Part shown: one piece after another, positions 1-14,705 of the stretch
Layout of the letters: each line of letters begins with the position of its first letter
Position numbering within the stretch: the first letter of the stretch is position 1
From: Setoptus koraiensis
Lineage: Eukaryota; Animalia; Arthropoda
Direction: 5' to 3'
NCBI GenBank assembly: GCA_048013815.1
Contig: CM106586.1
Location: forward strand, 3,348,001 to 3,412,000
DNA: 64,000 nt
Program-made: the position numbers and the translations under genes
Notes under the pieces: model-generated
What the model was told of the DNA's origin: nothing
Database searches by the model: none
The model's input: only the letters and a program-made list of their open reading frames with translations

Positions 1-2267
1 ATAAATACATACAACAGTCACAGTAACACACTACACGCAGACTACATCAACAAAAATTTCGTCTTCGTCGCCTAGGCATTCGTTGTCGAAATTTGTTTTA
101 GTAGAATGGTTTAGTTTGTTAGTGTAGTGTAGTGATGGCCGATGGTGGTTGCATCTGAACGCAGCCAGTCACAGTCAGTCGGTCCAGCCAGCAATTGTAG
201 ATCGAACGAACGGACGAACGAACGAACGAACGAACGAGCGAGCGAACGAGCGAACGAGCGAATTAACGAGCAAGCGAACGAGCGAACAACGAACAAGCAC
301 ACACACACACAGTCATTACAGACACAAAGAGAACTTCTAGAAGTTTCATTTCTCTTTGTGCTCCCTCTGTCTCTGTGCTAACAACTGGCCCGAGTGTTCC
401 AGTGCACACACACACACACACAGCACGCACAACAACGAGCACAACACAACAACAACGAGCACAACACAACAACAACGAGCACAACAACAACACAACGACC
501 AGCACAACAACAGCACAACGACCAGCACAACACAACAACAGCACCACAGCGAACAGCAGACTGCTGCCTGAACAGACGGGCACAGAACGCTGAGAACAGA
601 CGGACGGGCAGTCTGATAAAGTTCCACACAACGTACAGCCAGCCCTGGCAGCGCCTGCCTAGACTAGGCCCAGCGCCGTGCGTTACACACAGCCTATTAC
701 ACAGTGTGTAACGCGACAACAAAAACAACAACAACAGCGGCGACCGTCTGCGCACGGCACTCGCGTCTGCCTTCCCCCACCATGCCATCGTGCCACCATT
801 GGCAATCCACAGCACAGTCACTGCCACACAGAGGAGGAGGGCTCGCAGCGCGGCCCCCGTTCCCAGGCTGTTTACAAGTTGAGCCACTGTGACAGGGGCA
901 CTGTTGCAGAGGGGGCGCGCGGAACGGGGGGGGGGCATGCAGTGAACAGCATGCGCTCATGTTATCCAACTGCCCCGTAATGCATGCACCAACGCAGCAC
1001 AGTAGAGCGTACAAAAGTAGCGCTGCATGTGAGACGAGTTGCTTTTGTGCATTCTTGGGCACCCATAGCCCACTGGCGACCATGCAGCAGCGCTGCCGAT
1101 GGCACGACCAGTTCCACTGCTGGCACCTCAGGCACCGGCAGTTAATCCAGTCTGCGAGACTGCCAGTCTGCACACAGTCGTGCACGGCTCGCAGGCAGTT
1201 GCAGGCAGGCTAACCGTGTCAGCATACTCGCTCGGCCTGCACTGCTGCCAACCAGTGCACTAGCCGCTGCGGGTGCGCCCGTCAACTATTCAGATGCACC
1301 TCTCTACGGCCAGCGGCAGCACTGGATTAAGTTGGCACGACTGCACCGATGATGCTGCACTGCTGATTGCAGCAGATAACACATCAACTGCCAACTGCCA
1401 GCAACAACAACAACGACGGCAACAACAGCAACAACAGCGACGGCAACAACAACAATGACAACGACAGCAGCATCAACAGCGACAACGGCATCGACAACAA
1501 CGAAGCCCACAGATGGCATGAGAAAGGGAGGCCGAGTTTGGAGCCCCCCTCGGCAGGACCCTCACTCAGTTGGCCGTAGCGGAGCGAGCAAGTGATAAAT
1601 GTGCATGGAGTAGCCCGAAGCCGAAGTAAACAGATGTAGAACAAAGAGGCTTGTTTTTGTTTTTATTTATTATTTTGTTTTTAGTTTCGCTGGCACTGGC
1701 ACGCCTCACCTTGCCTCGAGACAGGCACTGGCCCGGACAAGTTTGCTTCAGTGCGAGCAAATCGCTCGAGACAACACCAACAACTGGCTTGTGTCCGGAA
1801 CCTTAACGAGCCGAACAAGTTGTTTACATGGTTGCGCCATGGTCATTGCGACGAGACGATAATCGCCACGACGGCTGCAGGCTGGCCCGGCGACAGCAAC
1901 AACGACAACAACAACAACAACAACGGCCAGCACAACACGCTCCAGCCAACAAGTTTTGCAAATGCCCTTATATTGCAGTTGGCTGCGAATTGTCGCCTCG
2001 GCGCGTCCAGCGGCGGCTGCGGCAATTGCATGCTTGGACGGCAGCCGTGGCGAGACGACAACAGCAGCGCCTGTCGAGACGGGGCCCATTTGGGTCACTC
2101 TCGCTGGCAATGGCGCTTTGAGCGGCGGCGATGGCAGTAAGCCAGGGCCATTGAAGGCGAGCGATGATAATGATGGTATCATTGCGTTGCCAGCAGCAGT
2201 GGCAGGCCGTCAGACTGGTCGGGACAGGCGATTCTCGTATGCCATTAGTTATGGTCGTTGTAAACAA

Positions 2268-2269
2268 CG

Positions 2270-2305
<36 letters not shown>

Positions 2306-2369
2306 TCAGCAACTGCAGCAACTGCAGCAGCAGCAGCAGCAACAACAACAACAACAATAACAACAACAA
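2268..2369 (+). repeat. Compound (CAA)n/(CAG)n trinucleotide microsatellite
   Basis: Direct reading: caacaacaac...cagcagcagc...aacaacaac. Confidence 0.95.
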
Positions 2370-5300
2370 GTTTACAGAGACAACTGGCACAGCGCCCAGT
2401 GTGCCAGCCGGAGTGGTGCGCGGTGCACCAGCACCACAGTTTGTGCGTGGTGCAGCACGCAGGCTGGCCGGTGCAGTGGCGCTGTGCGCAGGCGAACGCG
2501 AGCGTTCGTTGTCCTTGAAAATAGACGGTCACTGTGCCTCGGCGCTGCTGCACCGGGTCGCCTCTGCGCACAACATGTTGTTTACAACTCTCTCTCTCTC
2601 TGCTAGTGTGGATATTGCTGCATAACACCAATGTATATTCACGGGACACTAATGCATATTTGCTGGTGCATGCTTATCTCGTCCCGTGGCAGCCATTAGC
2701 GGCCAACGAATGCTGCCATCGGCTGCAAATGGCCGCCTCTCGGCACGACGAGGCCAAAAACAACAACAATTGCACTTGTTCTCTCGCGGTTCTTTCGCAC
2801 TGGCACAGCGCGCACCGATGCGACGTCGAGGCTTCGACGCTGCCGAATCGACGCTGCCGAATTGACGCTGCAGAATTGACGTGCTTCGCCAAGGCACGCA
2901 CCACGCACCTTGCGCTGCGCCAAAGGTGCGCGTTCGCAGCCACTGGTACAGGTGCGCCGAATGGTGCGACTGTCGACTGGCGCACCATTCGTCCATTGGG
3001 GCATGACAGACTGTCATTGGCAGTGGCCCCCAATCGCAGGCGACGGCGGCATCGCGGTTGTGACTGTTGGCCAGCCAGCGACACTGTTCACAGCGGCATG
3101 TGTCGCTGTGTCACCTATCGATGTGTCACATATCCATGTATCACATATCCATGTATCAGCTGTGTCACATGTCGATGAATCAGACACGGATGTGTGAGCA
3201 GCGGTGAGTCACCCCGACCCGCAAGCCGGTCGCCTTCGTCAGCTCTGTCCGCTTTGTTGGCTCTGTTGGCTCTGTTGGCTCTGTTGGCTTTGTTGGCTTT
3301 GTTGGCTTTGTTGGGTCTGCTAGCTCGGCGGTTGGCCAGCTCGGGTGCGATATGGCCGAACTGGCAGCGGCCAGCGATCGGCGCAGTCGGACAAGTGGAA
3401 GTGGCCAACAGTCCAATTAACGCGAGACAGTGGAGCGGAGTGGCATTACGCAACCATGCTATGATTATCGTAGACGGCATGTCGTAATGTTTGCTGGCTG
3501 GCTGGCTGGCTGGCTGGCGACAAACTGGCACTTTGCGACCGGCAGTTGTGAACTATGACGTATGCCAGTGTGCGCTGTTGCCAGGCTGGCCGACTCACTT
3601 GCAAGCGCCTACAAACAGGTGAAAACAAAGAGTTGCGCTGTCGGCCAGCCGTGAGCGTGTGGGCTTGTCGCTCTGTTGCCGGTGTCGCCGTTGTTGTCGT
3701 TGTTGTCGCTGTTGTCGTTGCTGTCTTTGTTGTCTTTGTTGTTGTTGTTGTTGTTGCTGCTGCCGTTGTCGCTCGGCCCAGCGAGCGTGTCTGCGAAATT
3801 GCCGGCCAGCTGGCGACGAGACCAAAAGTGGTTTATGATGACGCAACAGTGGACATTGGTCGCTGTTGTTGTTGTTGTTGTCGTTGCGAGTGGCGGTGTT
3901 GCGCAACAACGCCAACTGCAGCCAAGTGTCCAATTGTGCACACGATGGAATTAGCCATCGCACACACACGCCAAGCCAACAACGACAACAACACCAACAC
4001 CAACAGCCACCACAACCACCGCAACCACTCTTCAACAGGTGAACGCTGGCCGGTCGCATGGCTCACGGGTCGCGCCGAGCCGCGGAGCCGGCAAATTGGC
4101 GCTGGCGGTGCGATGGCGTGATGGTTGTTGCTGTTGCTGTTGTTGGCGTTGTTGTTGGCGTTGTTGCTGTTGGCGTTGTGAGACAATAACAGATTGTGTG
4201 ACACACCGTGTGTACAGACGGTGTGTACAAAGTTGCTGTTGGCAAGCCGATCAACAAACAAAGAGTTTCCTCTCGCCACAGCTGACACCTTGCCTGCTCT
4301 CAAATTAAAATATTAAGCCAGCCGCGCAGTTGAACTCTCGCTCTCTGCCAGACAGTCTCTGGCCAGCTCGCCGTTGTTGCTGTTGTCGTGGTCGCGGCTG
4401 TTGCGGCCAACAACGGCCAGCAACGGCCAGCAATGGCCAACAACGGCCAACAACAGTCATCATCATCGTGTCCATGCGAGTGTAAAATCGCACACAATCG
4501 CGACGGATAAAATAAAAGTTTGAGCTGCTGCCGTGTCGCTGGCAAACGGCCGTTTACCAACGAAACACACACTCAGACACATATTATAACACATTGTATA
4601 ACACATTATGTAACACGCACACAAATAGACGAGAAATGTGTGTACAAACAATGCGCTTCCTATTTAAGCGTGTCGCTTGATACTTAATTACAATCATACT
4701 CGCCGATATCCAGCGAGTGCCGCACACACTCAAACTGTCTGACACTACTCTCGGCAAACACACACACACACACACACGACACAATTGCTACCTGTGCCTG
4801 TGACAGGGGCGCCAAGGGCTGATGCGATCTGGCCAAAATGAGACCACAACAGGCTGACCAGCGACGACCTACATTGTTTGCGTTGTTGTCGCCGTTGTTG
4901 TTGTCGCCGTTGTTGTTGGTGCCGTTGTTGTTGTTGTCGGGCGCTCGACGCACGCCAGTCGCACTTTCGACCCGACGACCCGACAGGCCAGCCTGTCGAA
5001 ATGTGAGCCTGTTGTTTGGCACCTCGCTGCATATGTGTCTCGTGTGTAGCTTGTTAGCTGTTGCGCAATGCCGAGCGACGCCACAATTGCGGGCAACGCG
5101 ACTATTGCGGGCAACGCAACTGCTGCCAGCAATGTGCGACGCGAGCGGAATCTACCCAGCCGAAACTCAACAACAGGTGAGACATTTTGTTGTTGACATT
5201 TTCATGATGCCAACAACAAATGGCAATATTATAATGGCAATTATATAATAATGATAACAATAATAAAACAAAGCGCCGTTAAAATAAGCCCACTGTAAGC

Positions 5301-5713
5301 CAGCGTGTGCGTGGGCGTGTGTCGCAATTGGAAACGTTTCACTTTTGGGCGCCTCACGTTTCAGCTCCACACGTTTTTTGTTGTTTGATTGAACGCGTGC
5401 TGACTACGCGCGTCAACATGGCGCCTGTGTCGTCGTCACCTGTGTCGTCGTCACTGTCGTGATGATGTAATCGATGACTGTGGCCTGATGACATGAGCAT
5501 GGCATGATGGTCGCATGGATATGTCGCTGGCACAAGTGCAGACACATTGCATAAGTCTATAGTCACTAATAAATGAGTCATTAATAAGCAGTGCATGCAA
5601 GCAGTGAACGCCGTCAATTGGTTAATTAATTAAATTGACGTTGATTAGATTATATAATTTATAATTGATTATTATATTATGTGATGGCCTGTCGCATTAA
5701 CCATACTATTACC

Positions 5714-5715
<2 letters not shown>

Positions 5716-5768
<53 letters not shown>
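5716..5768 (+). repeat. (TG)n dinucleotide microsatellite, ~26 units
   Basis: Pure tgtgtg run. Confidence 0.97.
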
Positions 5769-5770
<2 letters not shown>

Positions 5771-6611
5771 TAGGCGACATAATAATACATAATAAACACA
5801 TGATACGAGTCAACTGACTCTGTTACTCACAGTGACCTCTCTCGCTTTCCTCGTTCAGCCGCTAATCTCTGTCATGTCGTCTAGTGACGACTGTGAATGA
5901 TTTGAATATATTTAGGCAGCTCGTTTCAGCTGTAGCAGCTTGTTGTTTTGTCGGCCGACTGGCAGCAGACGCAGAGCCAGAGTTTGGCAAGATCGCTTAC
6001 GACTCGTTTGCTGGCTGGCTGGCTGGCTGACTCACTCGCTGGCAAGCGAGGCTGGCTGGCGAGATAGTGTTGTTGTCAGCGTTGTGCCAGTGATCGTCTT
6101 GTGCCTGAAGACGATCGCTGGCAGCCCCGTTGGCCAAACCGGCCACGCTTGTTTGTGTTGTTTGTGTGTGCATTATGTAATGTGTGCAGTATATAATGTA
6201 TGTGTAATAGGCCAGACATATATCCATGGATAAACTTGCCATGGATAAAAGCAGCAAGCGTGCAACTGGCTGCCTGCTGGTAGATTTGTTGTTGTTGTCG
6301 TTGTTGTTGTTGTTATATGACTGGTGTGTGTGTGTGTGTGGAACTTTTCCGTGCTAATTAAGTTAGCTCGCCGACTGCTGTTTGTCGCGACGATTACGTA
6401 TCAATTCGCTAATGGGATACGTATGCGTATCAGCCAGCAACACATCATGTGACAATCCATTTATCCATTTATCCGTTTATCTGGAGGAGTCACTTTTAAA
6501 TGGTGGCCGATTTACGCAACAAGGTTCGTCTGCCGTTCCAGTTATCGCGAGCCGCCGTTCGTCGACTCCCGCCGTTCGCCGTGCGCGTTTCGTCGTTTCT
6601 GTGTTCGTTGT

Positions 6612-6646
6612 CGTTGCTGTTGTTGCTGTTGCTGCTGCCGTTGCCG

Positions 6647-6693
<47 letters not shown>

Positions 6694-6733
6694 GCTGCTG
6701 CCGTTGCCGTTGTTGTTGTTGTTGCTGTCGTTG
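6612..6733 (+). repeat. Compound (GTT)n/(GCT)n microsatellite
   Basis: Direct reading; source of the poly-V/poly-L/poly-N ORFs in the track. Confidence 0.95.
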
Positions 6734-7131
6734 CTGTTGAACCGCCACGAACGCAACAACAGCAGCGACATGCTCGTCTCGCCACCGCAGTCTCGTCACG
6801 TCTGGTGTCGCGAGCCAAATCGGGCCGGCGCTCGCAGGCCCGATCCGGCTGCTGACACTGGCTGGCGAGCCAGGTGAAAGTGCGCTCGCCGGTGACAGTT
6901 TTAGCCAGGCACCCGTGGCAGCCGCGTCGAGCGGCTGATACTATAATTATACGATAATTGATTGTAATAACAACACCAACAACAGCCTGTATAATGGCAG
7001 CATGCACAACAATTGCATGATAAACTGGGCCCGAACAACAGTGTCACAAGCTGGCAACTTCGCCAATCAACTGTTTGCTGTTCTCGGTTGCTCTCGGCTG
7101 CGTCCGCCGCTCGTCGCACCAAACGGTCGGT

Positions 7132-7230
7132 GCACCAGATGCGCCAGTCGCACCAGATGCGCCAGTCGCACCAGATGCGACAGTTGCATCAGATGCGTCA
7201 GTTGCATCAAATGCGTCAGTTGCATCAGAT
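7132..7230 (+). repeat. 18-bp minisatellite, ~5.5 units
   Basis: Units drift from gcaccagatgcgccagtc to gcatcagatgcgtcagtt. Confidence 0.9.
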
Positions 7231-10200
7231 CAGCGGGCAAAACTGGAGCGCGTGACAGACAATTATCGGGCCTCACCGCTGGTTATTTGATCATTTGATC
7301 AGCGCACTCGGCGCGATAACTCAAACTGTTCGACAAACTGTTCGAGTCGAACTGTTCGAGTCAAACAGCGTCAACTGTCAACAAAAACAATCTGTTTATT
7401 TGTCAAACAGTCACCAGCGCGCACTGTCTGACGGCTAGCGATCGGCGAGTCATCAATCTAACAGTGAGACAACTAGACAAGAGACACAGCATCGCCAGCG
7501 TCTGGCCAATGTAAACAAACGCATAACGGCCTACGCCGTTCTGCATACTGTGCCGAGCTTGTTGTGGCAACCATACCGCATATTACGGCAACAACACTAA
7601 TGGTATGATACTATGCCATGCGTCGTGGCAAGCTCGCCGTGCGCAAACTTTTCCATCGGCTCATCAATTCAAGGTCAATAAGTCGCCGTGGCACAACTAG
7701 AATCTGGTGAATAGATAGACAGATCGCGAACGGCCCTATGTGCCCATATTGTTCGTGTTGCACGCACCAGCCAGCCAGTCAGTCAGCCAGCCAGCGCACA
7801 ACAGACTCTGTTGAACAGAGTACGTTATTGTACAGTAATGTAATAATGAGAACGGCAACAATAATAACAATAATACGATAATGATATGTGTGCAAGATAA
7901 ACAGCGTTGTGACGCAACTGATACCAGCCATAAAGTGACTTGTGTGCACATGATTTGATTTTAGACGACGATCAATTACGCTCGAGCGTCGTCTAGAATG
8001 CGCGCCATTGTGCGTACGCCAATTGCGCAACTATCGCCCAGAGCCCAACAAACACTCTCGGGCGCACTTTAGAATCTAGACTCTAGACTCTAGACTCTAG
8101 AGCGGCTTCGAGTGGCTCCACGAGACAGCCGTTTGTTTGTCTCGCCACTAATGACAACAACAACAGCAGCAGCAGCAACAACAACAACAACAACAGCAGC
8201 GACAACAACAACAGCGACAGCGACGTCGAAAGCTCAGGTGACCCGCCCGCGAGAGGCATAAATGTGTGCATAAATGCGCAAATTTGTTTATGCCTCCGGC
8301 GAGCGACTCGCTGCGACGGTCTCGCTGGCTCGTAAACAGGCAGACAAGTGCACAAACGAGCAGAATAACACGTCGAGCGGGCGCGATTCGAGCCAGTCAT
8401 GTGACACTCGAGACACATCATCACTTGGCTGTGTCGCTCTCCACGATAGAGACTGTATGCGATCGCTGACAAATCAGTGCTCGCCACCGACTGCTAACCG
8501 ATATGCTAACTAACCCAACTTGCTAGCAAACTGTTTGTTGTTAATAATTGTTAATAACAACAATATCGCACCAGCAAACAGTAGTCTGCTCATGCGATGT
8601 TTGTTTGTGTGTGATGATACAAAAATGTGCCTACACACCACTCACGGCTCACAAGAGTCAGTCATTATCATTATCGTTATTAATTATTGTGATTGTGCGA
8701 TTGGCAAGATTAAGTAATCTAGCCAAACAGCTCGCTGCAGCCTGTGGCCTGCTGTGCACATAACATTATATTATAGTTACATTATAGGTGGACCTCACCA
8801 GGGCTGCCGGCAGCGCTCGCAGCAGCGTGATCGGATAATATCAAAATTGTGGCTACAACGTTGGCGAGTCAATAAATTGCGATGCCAGTCGCGTGCTGTC
8901 AAGTACCAACAAATAGCAATTGTGGTGTGCCGGTGATGTGAGAGCCGGCAAATCACGAGCCGCTTCGCAATCTCACTCGAATCTTGCCAGTCGGCGCAAT
9001 CTGCGCCAACAATCAGTGTCTGACAAGTGAGGTTGCTAGTCGCCAGCAACAATGCTCCGTGCGCCGGCCAGGTGAGCCGCGGTTGCCGCGGTGGTTGATG
9101 TTGTTGTTGTTGCCGCCGCCGCCGCTGTCACGATGGCTCCGGCGCGCTGCCTCGGTGTGTAGGGCCGCGCAAAGCCTCGCAGTCGTGAAGGCCCGATGGG
9201 CCGACACGAAAGCCAGTTTTCAAGTCTAATGTGAGCGAGACCTTGAATGCGGCTCCATTCAAGGCAGCCAGAGAGTGCGCATTGAACAGGTGCCAATAGG
9301 AAGAGTGGGTCAAAGTTGTTGTTGTTGTTGTTGTTGTTGCTGTCAAGCGACTAGTTGAACAGGTTCACCGCCACCGACTTGCGAGGGAGCGACAATCTTG
9401 TTGTTCAACAGCGCTTGTTGTTTGTGCGTTAATTTCGTTGAACAAAAATAATAACAAACAGGCTGCTTATTCAAAGCGGCGGCGCCAGCAACAATCAACA
9501 ATGGCTGACAAAAACTTTTTTCTCGCTCTCTTTATTTGCTTTAGCCGGAGCATTGACGCGCTGCCTCCCATTTGACTCACAACGATTTGAGTGAGTCGAG
9601 TGAGTTTAGCGAGTTTAAATACAAATGTTGTGGCTGCCACTTTCTCGAGCGGCCGCCGTCAAATAAAGTGAGCATATAAATTATTTGCGAGCTGCCGCTC
9701 AAATGTTCACGCTGCCTGTCCCGTGGATAGTTGGCGAATAGCAGCCGGGATGGCATGGATATGTCTGCAGTGTGCGCTCATTAAGCCGGCCGAGATACTC
9801 GCCGGCTGCTCTCGCTCGCTCGCCAGGCGAGAATGCGATAATGCGAAGGAGTTGCAGCGACTGGCAGCCGCGACAGCCGCGCCGAGCCAGTTAGCAGTAT
9901 TAAGGCCGCATCAATTTTTGGCATGCCAGCATCGGGAGAGTCTAATCACTTTATGCAGCCATGCCCGAAGTAGGTACAAAACAAGCATTAGTGGTCCTCT
10001 ATTTATAGTTGGGCAAGCCATTAATCAGGCACAATGCAGCCTGTACATATACATGTATAATATATGTAATATGTAATTTGCTCGGCTGCGGATTTGCCGC
10101 GCCGGCCGCCTGATTTGATAATGGCCCGAACCTGACGATCGCATTAGATCGCATTGGCTTGCTTTGGATCGCATTGGACTGGGCGAGATCGTTTGGTCTG

Positions 10201-11005
10201 ATCTCATCCGATCTCGCTCAATCGGATTTGCGGCGGCAACTCATCTATGGGCAAGTTCGTGCTTCTGCGCCTAACCATTCTATGCCCAATTGCGCTGATT
10301 TCAATCGAATCGATTGTGCGAAACGGCTCAAGTGTCAGCGGCAGCAGCTCTGTTTTGTTGTTATTGAATCATCAATTTAATCAATTACAACTATCAACCA
10401 ATCATCGTCGAGGCGATCGCACGAGCTGATTGCTTTGCTCCAGTGTGTGTATTTGCACACTTTATGCACTAGATTCTGACGACCCGCGAGAACGGTCGCC
10501 CGGGCGACCGAGCCCGAGCAACCAGACTCCCGCGACTAGGGCTACGGCGCCCGCCGGTCGGGCCGCCTGCGCAAATTAGATCGCGATTGCCAGATAACTT
10601 ACAGCGGTCCTTATCTAATAATGCGACTGATGCAATCGGAAATGCAAGATTATCATGACGACAACTCGAAACATACAACAGCTCGTATTGTGTTCGAGAG
10701 ATAACAGCCACTTATAAGTCAGTGTATAAGTCGGGCCAATTGTGCACAATTGTTAGATCATCGCTCTTGAGTCGCGCTCGAGAGTGTTGCGTTGATTTGC
10801 GTTGAAAAACAACAATCGTTCGCGACTACCAATATACGGCACGATCTAATCACGTTCTCACGCGGGCCCTCAGTGATGCCCGTCACCGATACCTACACTC
10901 GCTCGAGTGTTTGTCGCCAGAGAGCTAGTGTCGTCGTAGAGAGAGTAGGTGTCGAGAGAGCGAGACTAGCCTGCACCAGTGGCTGCACACTCTCGAGTGT
11001 CGACC

Positions 11006-11099
11006 GGTAACAATCCGTCGGGCGACAATCCGTCGGGCAACAATCCGTCGGGCAACAATCCGTCGGGCAACAATCCATTGGGTAACAATTCATCGGGCA
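11006..11099 (+). repeat. 15-bp minisatellite, ~6 units
   Basis: Units ggcaacaatccgtcg with degenerate ends. Confidence 0.9.
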
Positions 11100-14000
11100 T
11101 ATAGTAAATAATGTATAACGTATTGAGTAGCACGAATAATTGTTTGCTTGTTTCCATTGTTGAAATTATCTGTATCATCTGTGTCTCTATTATGGAGAGA
11201 TTGTTTGTTGCCATATTTCTGTCTCGCCCCTTTGTTTTGTTCTGTTTTGTTTTGTTTTGTTCGCTTGTACACTGCTACATCGCCTTACCTACCTTATCTT
11301 ATCTGCTCGCCCGCTGTCTCATCTGCTCGTTTGGCGTCTTATCAAACCAGATTATAGGTTTCTGGCCAGATTATTATTATTATCACGACGACGATGGCCC
11401 AAAAGCGCAACACACACACACACATACACAATATAAGCAATAAGCAGAGCAATAATAAAGCACTACAACAATGCAAACTATCTACATCTATGCTGTGGCT
11501 GCTGCCGAATGCAGCGATAAGTGCCAATGTAGTGGTGGCGTTAATCAGATTATAATGGGACATTGTATAAACTCATCACCAAGAATAGCACTTGAGAGAT
11601 GACACACTGAGCTGGCGCAGCTAGCTAATCAATAATTTGATTATTAAAGAGTCTGAGACGACGACGAGAGAAAAGAATTCAACCGTGCCAAGTGATTGTG
11701 TGAAGCGTCCCAGTCGCACATATATCGTCGCCGCACCAGCCACTAGTATATAAACGTATAAGTATAAATAGATAGATGAATCGCGCAACCAAACGAAATA
11801 AAAGCCATTCCCATCGCATGTCTACCAACAATGTGTATGTAGCTGCTGCGATGATACTCCCATAAAAGCCAAAAATTTGCAGCTCATCCATAAATTAACT
11901 CTACTTTAACTTTGAATTTTCAAATGTCTCCCATTTACCACAGTTATACATATAATGCATGCGAGAGACATAACAAGAAGGCTACGAAGGCATGCGAACA
12001 ACAGCAGCCACACAAAGATGCATAAAAAGAGAGAAAAAGTTTGTTCGTTTTACGCGCATTTATGCGCTCGCAACTCATAGACACAGCTCATAGACGCAGC
12101 TCATGAATCGCAATTAACGTCTAAATTAAGCCACAGGCAGCAGCAGCACGCATACAAAGTAAGCAGCAAAATAACAGCAAATTGTGTGTGTGTGTGTAAA
12201 AGTTTTGCCATCGATAGGTAACGATCGTGCGCCTCATGTGTGCTCTGGCGTTCACTTTGGTATTATTATTTTTATCTTACCAACTATGCGATAATGTAGC
12301 TGTAATAATAATGCTATAATGTAGCATAGTTGGTAAAAACTGTTGATTATCATTGTTATACATTTATAACGTGGCAGTTGTTGTCGTATTTGATTAGCCC
12401 AGTTGTTTATGTCGTAACATTGTATGGATTGATCAGCATGGTTGTTGCTGTTGTTTTGCAATTCAACTAGATTTAAGATTATCGTGATGGAAGTGGAGCA
12501 AATGGCGAGAGAGAGAGAGACGAGATAAAAACAAAATACAAAATATGGAAATGGCATGGCGATCGGGCCAGTGGGCAACAAATCGGTGCGTCGATGGCAC
12601 AAAAGATGGAATAAATCATTTCACAATGACTAATTCAAATCACTGCGCTCGCAAAATAGACAGCCAACTATTGGCTGTCAGACAATGGGCGCCGTCACTG
12701 ACACTAACCACTGACAGCCAAGTCAATTAGCGAAATCACAAAGTGAATTTTGCAAAAACTAGATCACCGTCTGCCAATAACAGCAGCGACCGGTTAAAGA
12801 GATAAATCACCGGCATCTGAATAATTCATTTTGTTGGGCGCCCATTTCGTTGGTTAGTGGTGGCGAGCTCTCAAACTGGCGAACTGCTAAACTCTCGGGC
12901 TTTCGATCACGGGCGTCTCAGCGTCGCTCGAGCTAAATCGCTATAGCTGCTAGGGCGAGTGTGAGTGCGTTTGTGTGTGAGTCGCAAGCAAAGTCACTTG
13001 ATACCAATACAAACTATCTATCTGTTTGACGCTATCGGTTGAATTGAAACGTAATGAACCAAAGAAACAGAAGGGTATATTATTGGCCATGCCGGCACGA
13101 TGTGAGCTCATGTGTGCCGCTCGTCTGGCCCGAGCCAGCTATAAATAATAGTGGCAATAATAATAATAATTATTATTATTATTATTATTTGATACAGTAC
13201 ACTCTTATCTACAAGCGACTGCATGATGATAGTCGCAATGATGTATATGTGTCTATATTATCATCGTTGGTGGATCTTTGACTATTGCAGCAGCGGCAGC
13301 AGCGATAATGTAAAGTTTAACAAGTGTTTTTGTTTTGTCGATATCACACACACACACGCACACACACAACAACAAACTATTCCTATCACCTTGGCTTCTC
13401 TCATTTTGCTCATTTTCTCATTTCGCTATCCTGCTGACTGACTGACAGTCAAACTTGTGAGTGGCGTTGGGAGCAGCACCGACACACAGTCACGTAATGC
13501 AATAAACATGACAAAGGGAACAATTTTGCTGCGTTAGTTTCGTAACGATGATCGCAAAATCCTTGAATTTGATCTGTTTACTCATCAGTTGAGCCGAGCT
13601 TGCCAGCCTGACCAGCTTTTCACTGTGTATTGATTCGCAATGATCGATACAACAACAGCACCCATACCCCGTTGTCATGATCGTCCGGCCAACTGGCACC
13701 TGTTGCAAGCCGCCGGCAGCCCATGCTAACGGCGGCCAGCAAATTGAGCGACTTAATTAGCGAGATAGACGACACAGCATTACAGGTGTGCTGTTGCAAG
13801 TTGCTATTTTGCATTGTCGTGCATTGCGCAACGATGCTTGCCACAGTATACGACAGGATCACTATGTGATATGTGATTGTAATTGATTAGTTGTTGGCCG
13901 AAAACAGCAAACACAATTAGCAAACACACACAAAACAAATTGCACACAATAATATATTTATATTAAGTGGCACCATCAATAAGATAAGGTATCTGACGCT

Positions 14001-14657
14001 CGGTGTCGGCTGATGTCATTGGCTTGTGTCAGCGACTTGTTGGCAGGTCGGTTATGGCAGTCGCGCATTATGAAATGCAATTTCACTCTTACGTTCGAAA
14101 AGCAAACACACCTCGGGTGTTTGTTTTCGCAAACATCTCTACAAACAAAACAACATTCAGTGTCATTCAATGCCTCCAGTGCCATTGAATCTGTCTCGAG
14201 ACGCGCCGGGGCCAGCTCGTCTCGGCGGCTCGTCGTCATCGGTTGCAGCGTCAGCTGCACAAAACGAAAAATTAGTGCCAACGAAACCTGATGAGAACTG
14301 CGCTTCCCGAGCTAATTGATTTGATTCCGTTTGCGTTGCCTCTTATGGTGGTCGTCGGCAGTCTGGGTGTCACCAATCAACCAGTCAGCGCATGGGTGTC
14401 GACTAATGCAGCTTATGTCGCCCGGTGATTGCTCGATTGATCAGTCGGATAATCGGCATCTATGGTCTCGCTCGTGTGGCTCCCAGCCGTGATAGAAATG
14501 GATAGATGTAATTATTATTCCAAAACACACTCATGGCATAGTGAGCCAGCCTAGAGTGGCGTGTTAGTCTAGACTCTAGAGTGATGTGCGTATAAAGTTT
14601 ATGCTACAAGCACCAGTAGTGCACACACTTTCTTCCTTGTTTTTGTCGAGTGCACTC

Positions 14658-14658
<1 letters not shown>

Positions 14659-14703
<45 letters not shown>
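14659..14703 (+). repeat. Perfect (CAA)15
   Basis: Direct reading. Confidence 0.97.

Positions 14704-14705
<2 letters not shown>

Noticed and set aside
79-89. 11-nt match (TTCGTTGTCGA) to the 5' end of miR-981/miR-76 family, in a weak hairpin
   Set aside because: The 3' half does not match and the partner arm leaves multiple U-U mismatches; expected by chance.
10493-10510. Perfect 18-bp palindrome CGGTCGCCCGGGCGACCG
   Set aside because: About 0.2 or more such palindromes are expected by chance in 64 kb; no supporting context.
7132-11099. Idea that the 15- and 18-bp minisatellites imply hidden coding exons (periods divisible by 3)
   Set aside because: Arrays with 4-, 5-, 7-, 8- and 10-bp periods are equally present, so there is no frame-preserving bias.
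13976-14281. 101-aa minus-strand ORF with CCFVCRDVC...CVC
   Set aside because: Cys spacing fits no finger I recognise; TG-rich composition produces Cys/Val runs here.
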